64,000 nucleotides of DNA from Limisphaerales bacterium (GTDB taxonomy: Bacteria; Verrucomicrobiota; Verrucomicrobiia; Limisphaerales; AAA164-E04), in NCBI GenBank assembly GCA_965204945.1, contig OZ242022.1, positions 3,554,333-3,618,332 on the forward strand. Reading direction: 5' to 3'. Below are positions 1-8,896 of the stretch, in pieces. The position numbers and the translations under genes are program-made. Under the pieces are notes generated by a model that saw only the letters and a list, made by a program, of their open reading frames with translations, ran no database searches and was not told the origin of the DNA. Numbering within the stretch: the stretch's first letter is position 1; each line of letters starts with the position of its first letter.

Positions 1-792
1 AGCACTTTTATGAAGTGCCTGTTGCAGTTGATTCCTTACAGTGGCGGAAGCGCGCGGCTCTTGGGCAAGGAAGTGGGCAGGGAAGGCCGCGAGATTCGGA
101 GGCGAGTGGGATACAACCCTGAGCAAGACTGCCACGTTCCCGGAATGGCGGGATGCGAATACGTCACTTACTGCGCTCAGCTTTGCGGTATTCCCTTTCA
201 AGCCGCCCGCCAAAGGGCGCATGAAATGTTGGACTTCGTTGGAATGGGGCAGGAGCGCTATCGAAAAATCGACACCTACTCTACGGGCATGAAACAGCGT
301 TTAAAGCTGGCTCAGGCCATCGTCCACGATCCGGAAATTGTCTTCCTCGACGAGCCGACCAACGGCCTAGACCCCAAAGGGCAGGCGCAGATACTGGATT
401 TGGTGCAAAGTTTGTGGACCGTTCACGGAATTTCCGTTGTTCTTTCTTCCCATTTGTTGCACGACGTGGATCGAATTTGCGAGCAAATCATCATCATTGC
501 CCGCGGCAAAGTTTTGGTTCACGACTCTTTGGCCCGATTGAAAGCCCGTCGGAAAGGCGCGGCCGAAGTGGCGGTGGATTCGCGCGCGGAGGAGCTGCGC
601 CAAGCGTTCCAAAAACAAGGCTGGCCGGCGGAAGTTTTGCTTAACGGACGCGTCAAAGTGGAACACGGCTCGCAAGACCTCAACCCCTTGATGGAACGGA
701 TGGAGGCAATCGGCGTTTCCCCGCTGGAAGTCGTTCCCAGTCCGAATGCTTTGGAAGAAATGTTTGTGCAAGCCCTTGAAACCGCCCAATGA
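1..792 (+). CDS. ABC transporter ATP-binding protein (5' end off-window)
   Basis: Frame 1 is open to the window edge. It has the signature-like YSTGMKQRLKLA, Walker B IVFLDEPTNGLDP and H-loop SSHLLHD. Walker A would lie upstream of the window. Confidence 0.85.
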   Translation, partial: STFMKCLLQLIPYSGGSARLLGKEVGREGREIRRRVGYNPEQDCHVPGMAGCEYVTYCAQLCGIPFQAARQRAHEMLDFVGMGQERYRKIDTYSTGMKQRLKLAQAIVHDPEIVFLDEPTNGLDPKGQAQILDLVQSLWTVHGISVVLSSHLLHDVDRICEQIIIIARGKVLVHDSLARLKARRKGAAEVAVDSRAEELRQAFQKQGWPAEVLLNGRVKVEHGSQDLNPLMERMEAIGVSPLEVVPSPNALEEMFVQALETAQ

Positions 793-1763
793 GCCTGCAC
801 GACTTCAGTTATCAACACTGGGAAGGCCGCCACTGCGGAATTTGGCGGCGCCGTTGGGTGATTGCGCTCAACAGCCTAAAATCTTGTCTGGACAACCGAT
901 GGGCGCGCAACCTCGTTCTCGCGGCCTGGACTATTGCGATGGTCGCCATTGGAATTCTTTTCCTGATTGGCCAACTGCTGGTGCCGGACAGCATCGCTTA
1001 TGAAATGGTGGAGAATCTGAACCAGCAAATGCGCGATCTGTTCGAAGGCTTAAAAGCTTGGCTCACGGATCGCCCGGAAATTTCCGTTCGCGTGGCCTAT
1101 AACATGCTCTTTTACTTCTTTGCCTTCACGTTGTATTGGCTGGGCATGATTTCGACGATGCTGGCCATTCCCCATTTAATCAGCCGGGACTTGTCCAGCC
1201 GGGCAATCATCATTTACTCCTCAAAGGCCATCAGCCGCTTTGATTACTTCCTGGGCAAATTCGGGACAATCTTCGGTTTGCTCTCGCTGGTTTGGTTGGG
1301 GCCGGTGCTGGCGACTTGGCTGGCGGGCAATCTTTTGGCGCAGGATTGGAGTTTCTTTTGGCACTCGCGCGGGGCGCTCTTTAACGCCTTGCTTTATGTG
1401 ATCGTCTCCATGTTGGTGATTAGCGTACTCAGCTTGGGGATTTCGGCCTTGTCCGCCAAACCGCGGATGGCAATGAGTTATTGGATTGCCTTTTGGCTGG
1501 TTGGCGACGCCATTGGCAGCGCCGCATCGAACACGCGCTTCTTGAGCATTTCGCATAATCTGGAGCAAATCGCGCGCCGAATTTTCAACCTTGGCGGCGA
1601 AGTTCGCCTCGCTCAGGAAAACATCCCGTTCTTGGGAGACATCATGTCAAGACCCCTCGCCTCGTGGCTGGAAGCGCCGGAGATTGACGGCGCTTTGGCC
1701 GCGCTGGCCGTCATGCTTGCCCTAGCCGTCGTCATTATGGCACAACGCGTCAAACCGGAATGA
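789..1763 (+). CDS. Polytopic membrane protein, probable permease partner of the ABC system
   Basis: 324-aa ORF with several long hydrophobic segments. ATGA start/stop overlaps with both flanking ATPase genes suggest translational coupling. No specific family recognised. Confidence 0.6.
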   Translation: MSLHDFSYQHWEGRHCGIWRRRWVIALNSLKSCLDNRWARNLVLAAWTIAMVAIGILFLIGQLLVPDSIAYEMVENLNQQMRDLFEGLKAWLTDRPEISVRVAYNMLFYFFAFTLYWLGMISTMLAIPHLISRDLSSRAIIIYSSKAISRFDYFLGKFGTIFGLLSLVWLGPVLATWLAGNLLAQDWSFFWHSRGALFNALLYVIVSMLVISVLSLGISALSAKPRMAMSYWIAFWLVGDAIGSAASNTRFLSISHNLEQIARRIFNLGGEVRLAQENIPFLGDIMSRPLASWLEAPEIDGALAALAVMLALAVVIMAQRVKPE

Positions 1764-2686
1764 GCGCCATTATTCAGGCAAAAGAGCTGAGCCGTTGGTA
1801 TGGCATTGTGATGGGGCTAAACCACGTGGATTTTGCCGTGTCGCCGGGGATCACGGGTTTTGTCGGTCCCAACGGCGCCGGCAAAAGCACTTTGATTCAA
1901 ATCATCACCGGCCAAATTCGCCCCAGTTCCGGCTCGCTCACCGTGTTTGGCGAACGCCCTTACAACAATCCTCCGTTGCTTGCCCGCATCGGCTACTGTC
2001 CAGAGCGCGAATCCGTTCACGCCGATCTTCGTCCGCTGGACTGGCTTTGCGGCCTTGCCCGTCTTTCCGGAATTCCTTCCAACGCGGTTGCCGGGCGATG
2101 CGAACGGCTTTTGGACTTGGTCAAACTTCCGCGAGCGCACTGGAAGAAACGGCTCGGCCAATACTCCAAAGGAATGCGGCAGCGGGTCAAACTCGCCCAA
2201 GCCTTGTTGCACGAGCCTGAGATGTTGGTTTTGGATGAGCCGATGAACGGACTGGACCCAATGGGACGGCAGGAGTTTTCGCAAATTCTCAAGAAACTCG
2301 CCAGCGAAGGCGTTCACATCGTCATTTCCAGCCACATTTTGGCCGAGCTGGAAGCCCTTTGCACAAAAGTGATCATTATGAGTTGGGGACGCGTTCTGGC
2401 CTCCGGCGAGAAAAAGTCGATTCGAAGAGGCATGCGCAACTGGTCCGAGCAGCTGGCGATCCGCTGCGATCATCCGTTGAAATTGGCCGGCATCCTCTTT
2501 GAGCAAAACCTCTTGCTGGGATTTGACGTCGACGAAGCCAACTCCGCCGTGAACCTGCGAATCCGATCGCCGGAAGTCTTTTATCAACGATTCCCAAAGA
2601 TTGTCCAGGAAAGCGGGCTTGCCCTTTGGGAAATGCGGAGCCAAAGCCGTTCGCTGCGCAACATTTTCGACAAGATTACTCAATAA
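1760..2686 (+). CDS. ABC transporter ATP-binding protein
   Basis: Walker A GPNGAGKST, signature YSKGMRQRVKLA, Walker B MLVLDEPMNGLDP, H-loop SSHIL. Confidence 0.9.
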   Translation: MSAIIQAKELSRWYGIVMGLNHVDFAVSPGITGFVGPNGAGKSTLIQIITGQIRPSSGSLTVFGERPYNNPPLLARIGYCPERESVHADLRPLDWLCGLARLSGIPSNAVAGRCERLLDLVKLPRAHWKKRLGQYSKGMRQRVKLAQALLHEPEMLVLDEPMNGLDPMGRQEFSQILKKLASEGVHIVISSHILAELEALCTKVIIMSWGRVLASGEKKSIRRGMRNWSEQLAIRCDHPLKLAGILFEQNLLLGFDVDEANSAVNLRIRSPEVFYQRFPKIVQESGLALWEMRSQSRSLRNIFDKITQ

Positions 2687-2700
2687 AAGTTTCCCAAGCG

Positions 2701-3483
2701 ATGAACCCCACTTTGCCCAGTTTTTTTGGCGCCGCCCGCGGGATTTGGACGTTGACTTGGCGCGCCAAGTTGGCCCGCAAGCGAATCTTTCTGGTGATTG
2801 GAAGCATGACGGCCCTTCCTTTGCTGTTTGCCTACATCGGCTTCAAAATAGGCTTTCCCGTCGAGGAATTTCACTTCTTTTTGGCGCAACTTTATTTGCC
2901 GCTGGTCGTTCCCCTGTTTTGCCTGAGCAACTTTGGCGCCGTGATCCGAGACGAATTGCAGGAGGACACCATGGCCTTTCTGATCACCCGCCCCGTGAGC
3001 CGCGCCAAACTCTTTCTGCTCAAATACCTCGCTTTGGCGGCTTGGCTGCAAATTATCGTGTTGGGCAACGCCTTGGCCTTTTGGTTTGTGGGCGTCTGGC
3101 TGGGAATTCCCGGCGCCGCATCCCTCATCGCCTTGCTGGCCGCGGTGCAGTTTCTAGCGGTGTTGGCCTTTGGCGCCTTGGCTTCATTGATTGGGTTGAT
3201 TACGCAGAAGTATTTGGTCGCCGGAATTGTCTACGGATTTATCGTCGAATTTGGGATTGGCAAGATTCCAACCAACATCAACGTGCTTTCGATCAGCCGC
3301 CACTTGAAGACTTTTCTGGCGTGGAATGCGGACTTGGCGAGGAATTACGGTTGGAACGCGGAAGGGACTTGGTTTTCTCTGATGATGGTGCTTGTCGGCA
3401 CGGCGCTTTTCTTGCTCATCGGCGCGTTGCTCTTCACCTTCAAAGAATGCCAGCATGCCGAAGAAATGCAAAAAGGTGCCTAG
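2701..3483 (+). CDS. ABC-2-type transporter permease-like membrane protein
   Basis: Hydrophobic multi-pass ORF. The ATG at 2701 lies 15 nt after the upstream stop. The longer ORF from 2626 would overlap the ATPase gene by 60 nt. Confidence 0.65.
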   Translation: MNPTLPSFFGAARGIWTLTWRAKLARKRIFLVIGSMTALPLLFAYIGFKIGFPVEEFHFFLAQLYLPLVVPLFCLSNFGAVIRDELQEDTMAFLITRPVSRAKLFLLKYLALAAWLQIIVLGNALAFWFVGVWLGIPGAASLIALLAAVQFLAVLAFGALASLIGLITQKYLVAGIVYGFIVEFGIGKIPTNINVLSISRHLKTFLAWNADLARNYGWNAEGTWFSLMMVLVGTALFLLIGALLFTFKECQHAEEMQKGA

Positions 3484-3531
3484 AGAGTGTTTCCGCAAAC
3501 GGCGGCGCTCTGACGAAATGCGGCGAAATTC

Positions 3532-3650
3532 CTTTTCTCCATCGGCAAAACCGTTACTTAGCCGATACTTAGCCGTCTCAGACCGCTTTTTGATCCGCTC
3601 AAATGCCCGAAAGCCAGAAATTCGCCAGCCGAAAAAATGCGCCGATATAA
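3532..3650. repeat. Copy A of an imperfect ~115-bp inverted repeat (partner at 8637-8752)
   Basis: By-eye alignment of 3532-3650 with the reverse complement of 8637-8752 gives roughly three quarters identity. The core is CATCGGCAAAACCG, tandem ACTTAGCCG x2 (3566-3574 and 3577-3585, 11-bp period), then GCCGTCTCAGACCGC + T5. Confidence 0.6.
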
Positions 3651-3809
3651 GCTTTTGCCCGCCAATCCTCTCATCCAATCCACTCGCTATTTGCCCCGGC
3701 GTCGCTTCAAAACTTTCTTTTTCGCAACGAGCAAAGCGAAATTTTTGCGCTTTTTCTCGTTTTCCAAAGAACTTTTCTTAACTTTTTGCATTTTTTTGTG
3801 ACTTTGGGC

Positions 3810-3838
3810 TTGACTTGTTGCGGAGGAGGGATTAGAAA
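3810..3838 (+). promoter_or_regulatory. Sigma70-like promoter candidate for the PEP-CTERM gene
   Basis: TTGACT (3810-3815), 17-nt spacer, TAGAAA (3833-3838), about 33 nt upstream of the ATG at 3871. It shares the GGCTTGACTT context with the promoter at 18747. Confidence 0.35.
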
Positions 3839-3870
3839 TAGAGAAATTTTTAACAGCAAACTAGATTCCT

Positions 3871-4629
3871 ATGAAACGAAAACTATCTTTATTGGCCGCC
3901 ATCGCCTGCATTTGCGGGGGGGGGGGGGGGGGGGGGTACGACGCCCAAGCGCAGCTGATCATTGACGTCTATCCCAGCCAAGACACTCCCACCAACAGCA
4001 TCTGGATTTTCTCTGGCAGCTCCAGCGTTGCAACCCCCGGCACGCTAAGAACTTCCGGCAACTATTCTTCGGCGGATGGTTGGCAAACGGAAAGGGACAT
4101 TTACCAAGCCAACCTCCCTTCCAACCAAACCATCACGCTCTCTCCCCTCTTTTCCAGCACCAACACCATAGACATCGAGTCGGTAAGAAAGCGCATTCCC
4201 GGCGGCGCTAGAACGCAGACTTTTGCCGCCAATGCCACCAACACGCCAACGATTACCATCGGCACCACTCCCGTCAACCGAACCATTGCTTCGATGTTCA
4301 TGAACGATGTGACTGCCGCCGACAACATTGGCATTCGGGTGAGCAGCTCTTTCAACTATGGAAGTTATTCGGGGCAGGCTTCTTCTTGGACGGGATCGGG
4401 TTTGTTAATAAACAAGCCGGTTAGCGATTTTGTTACCGGGAATGTGAACAACTGGACGGGATTGTACCCGGACTTTGCCTCTGGTGGAGTGACTTTGCGC
4501 TTCCACAGCGCCGTCATCCCTGAGCCGGAGGAATACGCGCTTGTCTTTGGTTTGTTTGCGCTAGGTTTTGTTTTCTTTCATCGCCGGCGAATGCAAAAGA
4601 AACAACGCCGCCAAGCCGCCACTTTGTAG
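3871..4629 (+). CDS. PEP-CTERM sorting domain-containing secreted protein
   Basis: N-terminal signal peptide MKRKLSLLAAIACIC...AQAQ. The C-terminus PEPEEYALVFGLFALGFVFFHRRRMQKK has the PEP motif, a TM helix and a basic tail. The body is Ser/Thr/Asn-rich. Confidence 0.8.
   Translation: MKRKLSLLAAIACICGGGGGGGYDAQAQLIIDVYPSQDTPTNSIWIFSGSSSVATPGTLRTSGNYSSADGWQTERDIYQANLPSNQTITLSPLFSSTNTIDIESVRKRIPGGARTQTFAANATNTPTITIGTTPVNRTIASMFMNDVTAADNIGIRVSSSFNYGSYSGQASSWTGSGLLINKPVSDFVTGNVNNWTGLYPDFASGGVTLRFHSAVIPEPEEYALVFGLFALGFVFFHRRRMQKKQRRQAATL
3916..3936 (+). repeat. G21 homopolymer inside the PEP-CTERM coding sequence
   Basis: Counted directly: 21 consecutive G, translated as seven Gly codons within the signal peptide region. 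Confidence 0.95.
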
Positions 4630-4680
4630 CCGGCGGCGGTAGTCCATGATCGGTGGTAAGCCAGCCGCTAGTGAGCAGAA

Positions 4681-4782
4681 TCATCACTGAGCCGGAAGAA
4701 TACGCGCTTGTGTTTGGTTTATTTGCGCTGGGTTTTGTTTTCTTTCATCGCCGCCAAATGCAAAAGAAACGGCAACAAGCCC
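4681..4782 (+). pseudogene. Orphan duplicate of the PEP-CTERM tail-coding segment
   Basis: About 100 nt that nearly repeat 4514-4617, with roughly nine in ten positions identical by eye. It would encode IITEPEEYALVFGLFALGFVFFHRRQMQKK but has no upstream ORF body or start codon. Confidence 0.7.
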
Positions 4783-5261
4783 TAGCCTCGCCAAATCAAA
4801 ACGATATCGAACGAATGGAGACTTGACAAATTCGCGGCAAGCGGGAGAAATGTTTCTTTCGTTGCAAAACTTGGGAAATGGTCGACGAATGACGATATCT
4901 TTTTCACGGTCAGGCTATGGTGCCGTGTTGCGGGAGGTTTGCAATATTTCCACCTGCAAAAAGCGAGCCCGGCTGGGGTTCGAATGCTCAGGTATAAGGG
5001 AGTGCGTTTTTGGTGAATTTCTCGCGCATGCCCTATTGCTTTCATAAGCGTCGGCCGGGCGACGTGCAAACATAGCCTCCCGGACTTTTCCCCGCCTTCT
5101 CGCAAACAAAAAGCCGCAAACCGCCTCAATTCCGTTCAGCGGCGTATCAGACTCCAAACAGCGACGGTTGAAAAGCAACAGCCCAACCGAGCCAACATCC
5201 GCGCCAAAGCGTCTCCAAACATTTTCTGGACATAACTCTTTGCGCAGGGCAAAGTAGGCGC

Positions 5262-5855
5262 ATGGCGGAAACACCTTCCACAATGTTGTCCCTCGGAACT
5301 TTGGCGCCGAGTTTCTCGTTGCCGAACACCGACGGCCGGATTATTTCTTACGAGGATTATGAAAACGCTAACGGACGCTTGGTCATGTTCCTCTGCAATC
5401 ACTGTCCCTATGTGATTCACATCCAGAACGCGCTCGCCGAGATGGGGCGCGAATTCCTTCCCAAAAACATCGTCATATTCGCCATCTCCGCCAACGACGC
5501 CGAAAAATACCCGGCCGACAGCCCGACAAAAATGAAAGAGACGGCTGAGCGGGTTGGCTACCCCTTCTTTTACTTATACGACGCTGCCCAAGAAGTGGCC
5601 AAAGCCTACCGCGCCGCCTGCACGCCGGATTTCTATCTGTTCAACAAAGAAAACCGCTTGGTCTATCGGGGACAGTTTGACGACGCCCGACCCGGCAACC
5701 AGTTGCCAATCACCGGGCGAGACCTCAAAAACGCCATGAACGCCCTCCTCGAAGGCAAAGACATCTCCCCCGACCAAAAACCTTCGCGAGGCTGCAACAT
5801 CAAATGGAAGCCGGGCAACGAGCCAGACTACTTTGCCTCCCCATCCAGTTCATAA
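5262..5855 (+). CDS. Thioredoxin-fold thiol-disulfide oxidoreductase (AhpC/TSA-like family)
   Basis: 197-aa ORF with CxxC-type motif FLCNHCPYV and the typical context APSFSLPNTDG...GRLVMFLCNHCP. Confidence 0.75.
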   Translation: MAETPSTMLSLGTLAPSFSLPNTDGRIISYEDYENANGRLVMFLCNHCPYVIHIQNALAEMGREFLPKNIVIFAISANDAEKYPADSPTKMKETAERVGYPFFYLYDAAQEVAKAYRAACTPDFYLFNKENRLVYRGQFDDARPGNQLPITGRDLKNAMNALLEGKDISPDQKPSRGCNIKWKPGNEPDYFASPSSS

Positions 5856-5862
5856 CAAGGCA

Positions 5863-6576
5863 ATGAAACCAAAACTTCTCGCCACCTTCGCATGCTTGGC
5901 CGCCCTTCTAGGGAATTCTGTCCAAGCGGAACATTTCCAGCAACCTCACATCACCGTCTACGGCACGGCCACAACCGAAGTCGTCCCCAACCTCATGCGC
6001 TGGCGTCTCTACCTGCGCACCAACGGCAAAACCGCCTCCCAAGCCGCCAATGCCCACGACCAAAACGTATCCGCCGTCATCGCCTTTCTTCGCCAACAAA
6101 AGATCGCGGAAAAAAAGATTCAAACCTCGCAACTGCAACTCGCCGAAGACTGGGAATACATAGGGGGAGGACAACGCGTCCAAAAAGGCTACTACGCAGC
6201 CAGCGTCCTCTCCTTTGAATCGCCGTCTCTGGAAAACTATCCATCCCTTTGGAAAGGGATCAGCCAACTGCCGTCCGTTTCCATCGAGGGAGTCATGTTC
6301 GACATCTCCAACCGAATCCAAATTCAAGAAAACACTCGAATTCAAGCACTCCTCGCCGCCAAGAAAAAAGCCGAACGGCTCGCTTCAGCATTGGAAACGC
6401 GGATCGGACAACCGTTGCTGATCGAAGAAGAAGCCTCTCGCCGCGATGACATCCGCACCCCAATCGTCTTCACCGCGCAAAGCCGCACCGCAGAAACCGA
6501 AAAACAATCCCTCTCGCCCGGAACCCTTTCAATTCAAGCGCGCATAAAAGCCGTGTTTCATCTGCTCCACGACTAG
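5863..6576 (+). CDS. SIMPL (DUF541) domain periplasmic protein
   Basis: Signal peptide MKPKLLATFACLAALLGNSVQA, then ITVYGTATTEVVPNLMRW...AANAHDQNVSAVIAFLRQQKI, which is typical of the SIMPL/26-kDa periplasmic antigen family. The ATG at 5863 is chosen over the overlapping upstream start at 5833. Confidence 0.75.
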   Translation: MKPKLLATFACLAALLGNSVQAEHFQQPHITVYGTATTEVVPNLMRWRLYLRTNGKTASQAANAHDQNVSAVIAFLRQQKIAEKKIQTSQLQLAEDWEYIGGGQRVQKGYYAASVLSFESPSLENYPSLWKGISQLPSVSIEGVMFDISNRIQIQENTRIQALLAAKKKAERLASALETRIGQPLLIEEEASRRDDIRTPIVFTAQSRTAETEKQSLSPGTLSIQARIKAVFHLLHD

Positions 6577-6767
6577 CGCGCATTCCCGCAATTCCACTTC
6601 ATTCCTCTTTAGGAAAAAAAACTCCGCTTCCAAAAAGATAAAAGCGAAGTGAGGCGGGAGAAACTACAAAATCCCAAAGATCCGAAAATCAATGGGACAA
6701 AGCTCGTTTCCTTTTCCCCTTTCCACCGTTGCCGGCTACACAATCTTTTGCTTTAACATCGCCAAAA

Positions 6768-7181
6768 TCAAAAATCCACATGCTCGTCCGCCCCGTACAA
6801 CGGTGACCAATTGTCCGCAGGAAGATCTTGAAAATCCTCGACTGGCCAACGATTGCGATGATGCCATCGATCCCAAACAGCAGACACAGGCAACGTCCAA
6901 TCCCGAAGACTCCCATGCTCCACGTGGCCATCCAGAAAGGCCATGTTCGCCCGCCCAGCATGCCGCCGACTAATCCAAAATGTGTAACCATCTTCCGAAA
7001 GGAATGATTTTGGTGCAATCGAATTTCTAGCAGACCATCGACCAACAAAACGCAGACGCGAATTCAATGTATACCAACCCGGACGATCTCCAAAGACCAC
7101 GCAATCCGAAGGCGAAACAATCTCCGCCATCTTGCGCGAGTAAAAGTCAGTCGTAAAAATGGACGGCCGCTCGGGACTCAC
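6768..7181 (-). pseudogene. C-terminal fragment of a prepilin-type/H-X9-DG (DUF1559-like) protein
   Basis: Contains HAGRANMAFLDGHVE (the H-X9-DG motif). Its frame stays open upstream through [21 protein letters not shown] into the G7 run at 7244-7250, where it is offset by one base from the N-terminal fragment. Confidence 0.7.
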
Positions 7182-7236
7182 CCACGGAAGAAAACGCTGA
7201 GAGACAATTACCGATTGATTCGCTCCATACGCAAAA

Positions 7237-7656
7237 TTAATAGCCCCCCCGCGTGTCTATATCGACTCTCCGCAAAATACGTTGCAGTTGCGGCAGATTC
7301 CCTGCGCACTGAAAAATGTTCGTGTCCTTGCTAAAATACTCCTCCCAAAGCAAACGATGCCATGCTCCCTTCCCTAAAATATACTCCGTTCTACCCATCC
7401 TTTGAATTGCCTCTTCCTTAGTATGAAAACCAAGAGCAAAGTAAGGCGGATGAGCTACTATTGGCGGCAAATAGTCTTCATAATCGTCAGCGTATAGATG
7501 AGACGCCAGCGCAATTTGCCGCAGGTTGTTGGCGCAATCGATGCGCTTGGCGGCCGCTTTTGCACGAGACAAAGCAGGCAACAAAAGGGCCGCCAAAATG
7601 CCGATGATGGCAATCACCACCAGCAACTCGATCAATGTGAAAGCTCTGGTTTTCAA
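7237..7656 (-). pseudogene. N-terminal fragment of the prepilin-type N-terminal cleavage/methylation domain protein
   Basis: [29 protein letters not shown] is the classic type IV pilin-like leader and methylation motif. The ORF stops (…DTRGGY*) right after a G7 run. Confidence 0.85.
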
Positions 7657-8048
7657 GGAAGCACCACAAAATCCCCGCCTGGGCCGTATCGATAATAAAC
7701 CGTGATGTCGTAAGAATCCACCTCACTATACCCTGCAAACAAACCATTCGATTCGTAAGTGGTCGCAGTCGCGGTTATGGAAGTAGGGCGAATTCCATCC
7801 TCATCCGTTACAACGGTGAGAGTGATGTTAATGTAGCCACAAACGACATCAGTAAACCCGCGTGCAGAAAAAGAATCTTCAACACTTTGAAAAAGAACAA
7901 TCCGAAAGTCAAAAGATTCCGAGCCGGAAGATTCGTCGTAGTTAGGGATTTCGTACCAATCAATCGGGTCGCCGCAAAGCCAGCAAAGCCAAGCGGGTTC
8001 TTCATCAGCATACCGCCACGCGCCTCCAAAAAATGCCAGAACCGTCAT
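7653..8048 (-). CDS. Hypothetical protein (operon with pilin-like gene)
   Basis: 131-aa ORF whose stop overlaps the start of the pilin-like gene (ATGA). No recognisable motif. It may be the continuation of ORF 8005-8343. Confidence 0.4.
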   Translation of the reverse strand: MTVLAFFGGAWRYADEEPAWLCWLCGDPIDWYEIPNYDESSGSESFDFRIVLFQSVEDSFSARGFTDVVCGYINITLTVVTDEDGIRPTSITATATTYESNGLFAGYSEVDSYDITVYYRYGPGGDFVVLP

Positions 8049-8343
8049 GCCATTTTTCTAGCCTAGCTCCACGCCCCTGTCCAGCGAAGCTGGAACTCAA
8101 AGAGAAACGGGGTTCGAATCCTGTCGAACCGTAATTCACAACTTTAATTAACGAAACCGTTGGAAGATCGACAGACCCAGGCTCATCGTTCGCTTGAACC
8201 AGAAACGGAGAGGCAAGCAAACCGATTCCGACAACACCGGCGACAACAGCGGACGCCGTTTTTTCAATTTTGGACGAAAAGCGCGATGCGGCGGCGTCCA
8301 ACCCAACCGCAATAAGCGCGAATAATGTTCTCATAAACTGCAA
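8005..8343 (-). CDS. Hypothetical secreted/membrane protein
   Basis: 112-aa ORF with hydrophobic segment AVVAGVVGIGLLASPFLVQA. It overlaps the next ORF by 44 nt around a 5-nt homopolymer (8053-8057). Confidence 0.4.
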   Translation of the reverse strand: MQFMRTLFALIAVGLDAAASRFSSKIEKTASAVVAGVVGIGLLASPFLVQANDEPGSVDLPTVSLIKVVNYGSTGFEPRFSLSSSFAGQGRGARLEKWHDGSGIFWRRVAVC

Positions 8344-8636
8344 TTAGTACTTTGTTCTGTGATTCAAACCGATTGATTTCCCCAACGGAACAAAACACGC
8401 CAGATTCCGCCCATTCGCCAAAGCAAACGGGAAAGAGAATTCGACTCTCCCAAAGCAAAAACATCTTCAAACTGTGATATTCAGCGGAAAGTTCGACAAG
8501 CGAAAAATTATCCCGTTGAGGAAATCGATGCAAGAGAAACAGAAATCCAAGGGAGCGCAAGCTTTTTTTTTCGAGAAAATTCAATTTTTTTCTTTTTGCG
8601 GGATGCCGGGTGGATGCAAATTTTGGGCTTTGGAGT

Positions 8637-8752
8637 CGGTTTTGTCGGCTGGTGGATTCTGTGGTTTTGGAGATTTTGTCGGTTCAAAAAGCCATCTGAG
8701 ACGGCTTAGTAACGGCTTAGTCTCGGTTTTGCCGATGGGAAGGGAATGCCGG
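8637..8752. repeat. Copy B of the inverted repeat (partner at 3532-3650)
   Basis: The reverse complement matches copy A. Tandem CGGCTTAGT x2 sits at 8702-8710 and 8713-8721 (11-bp period). The hairpin+T5 equivalent is at 8686-8705. Confidence 0.6.
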
Positions 8753-8896
8753 CGCGCTCTTCTTCCCAAGCGATTTTTAGCGGGAACGGATATCAGCCAA
8801 GGAGGCTTGCCAATGGCGTCGAGAGCGTTGTCTGCGGCACTTCTGGGTTGACCGAACGGGTTTCTTTCTCTTGAGTAGCGGTTACAGATTCATTTT

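Noticed and set aside
4960-5000. GGTTCGAAT T-loop-like string (…CTGGGGTTCGAATGCTCAG…), suggesting a tRNA or tmRNA 3' domain
   Set aside because: The flanking stem would close with a G-G mismatch around a 9-nt loop. No acceptor, D or anticodon arms can be drawn around it.
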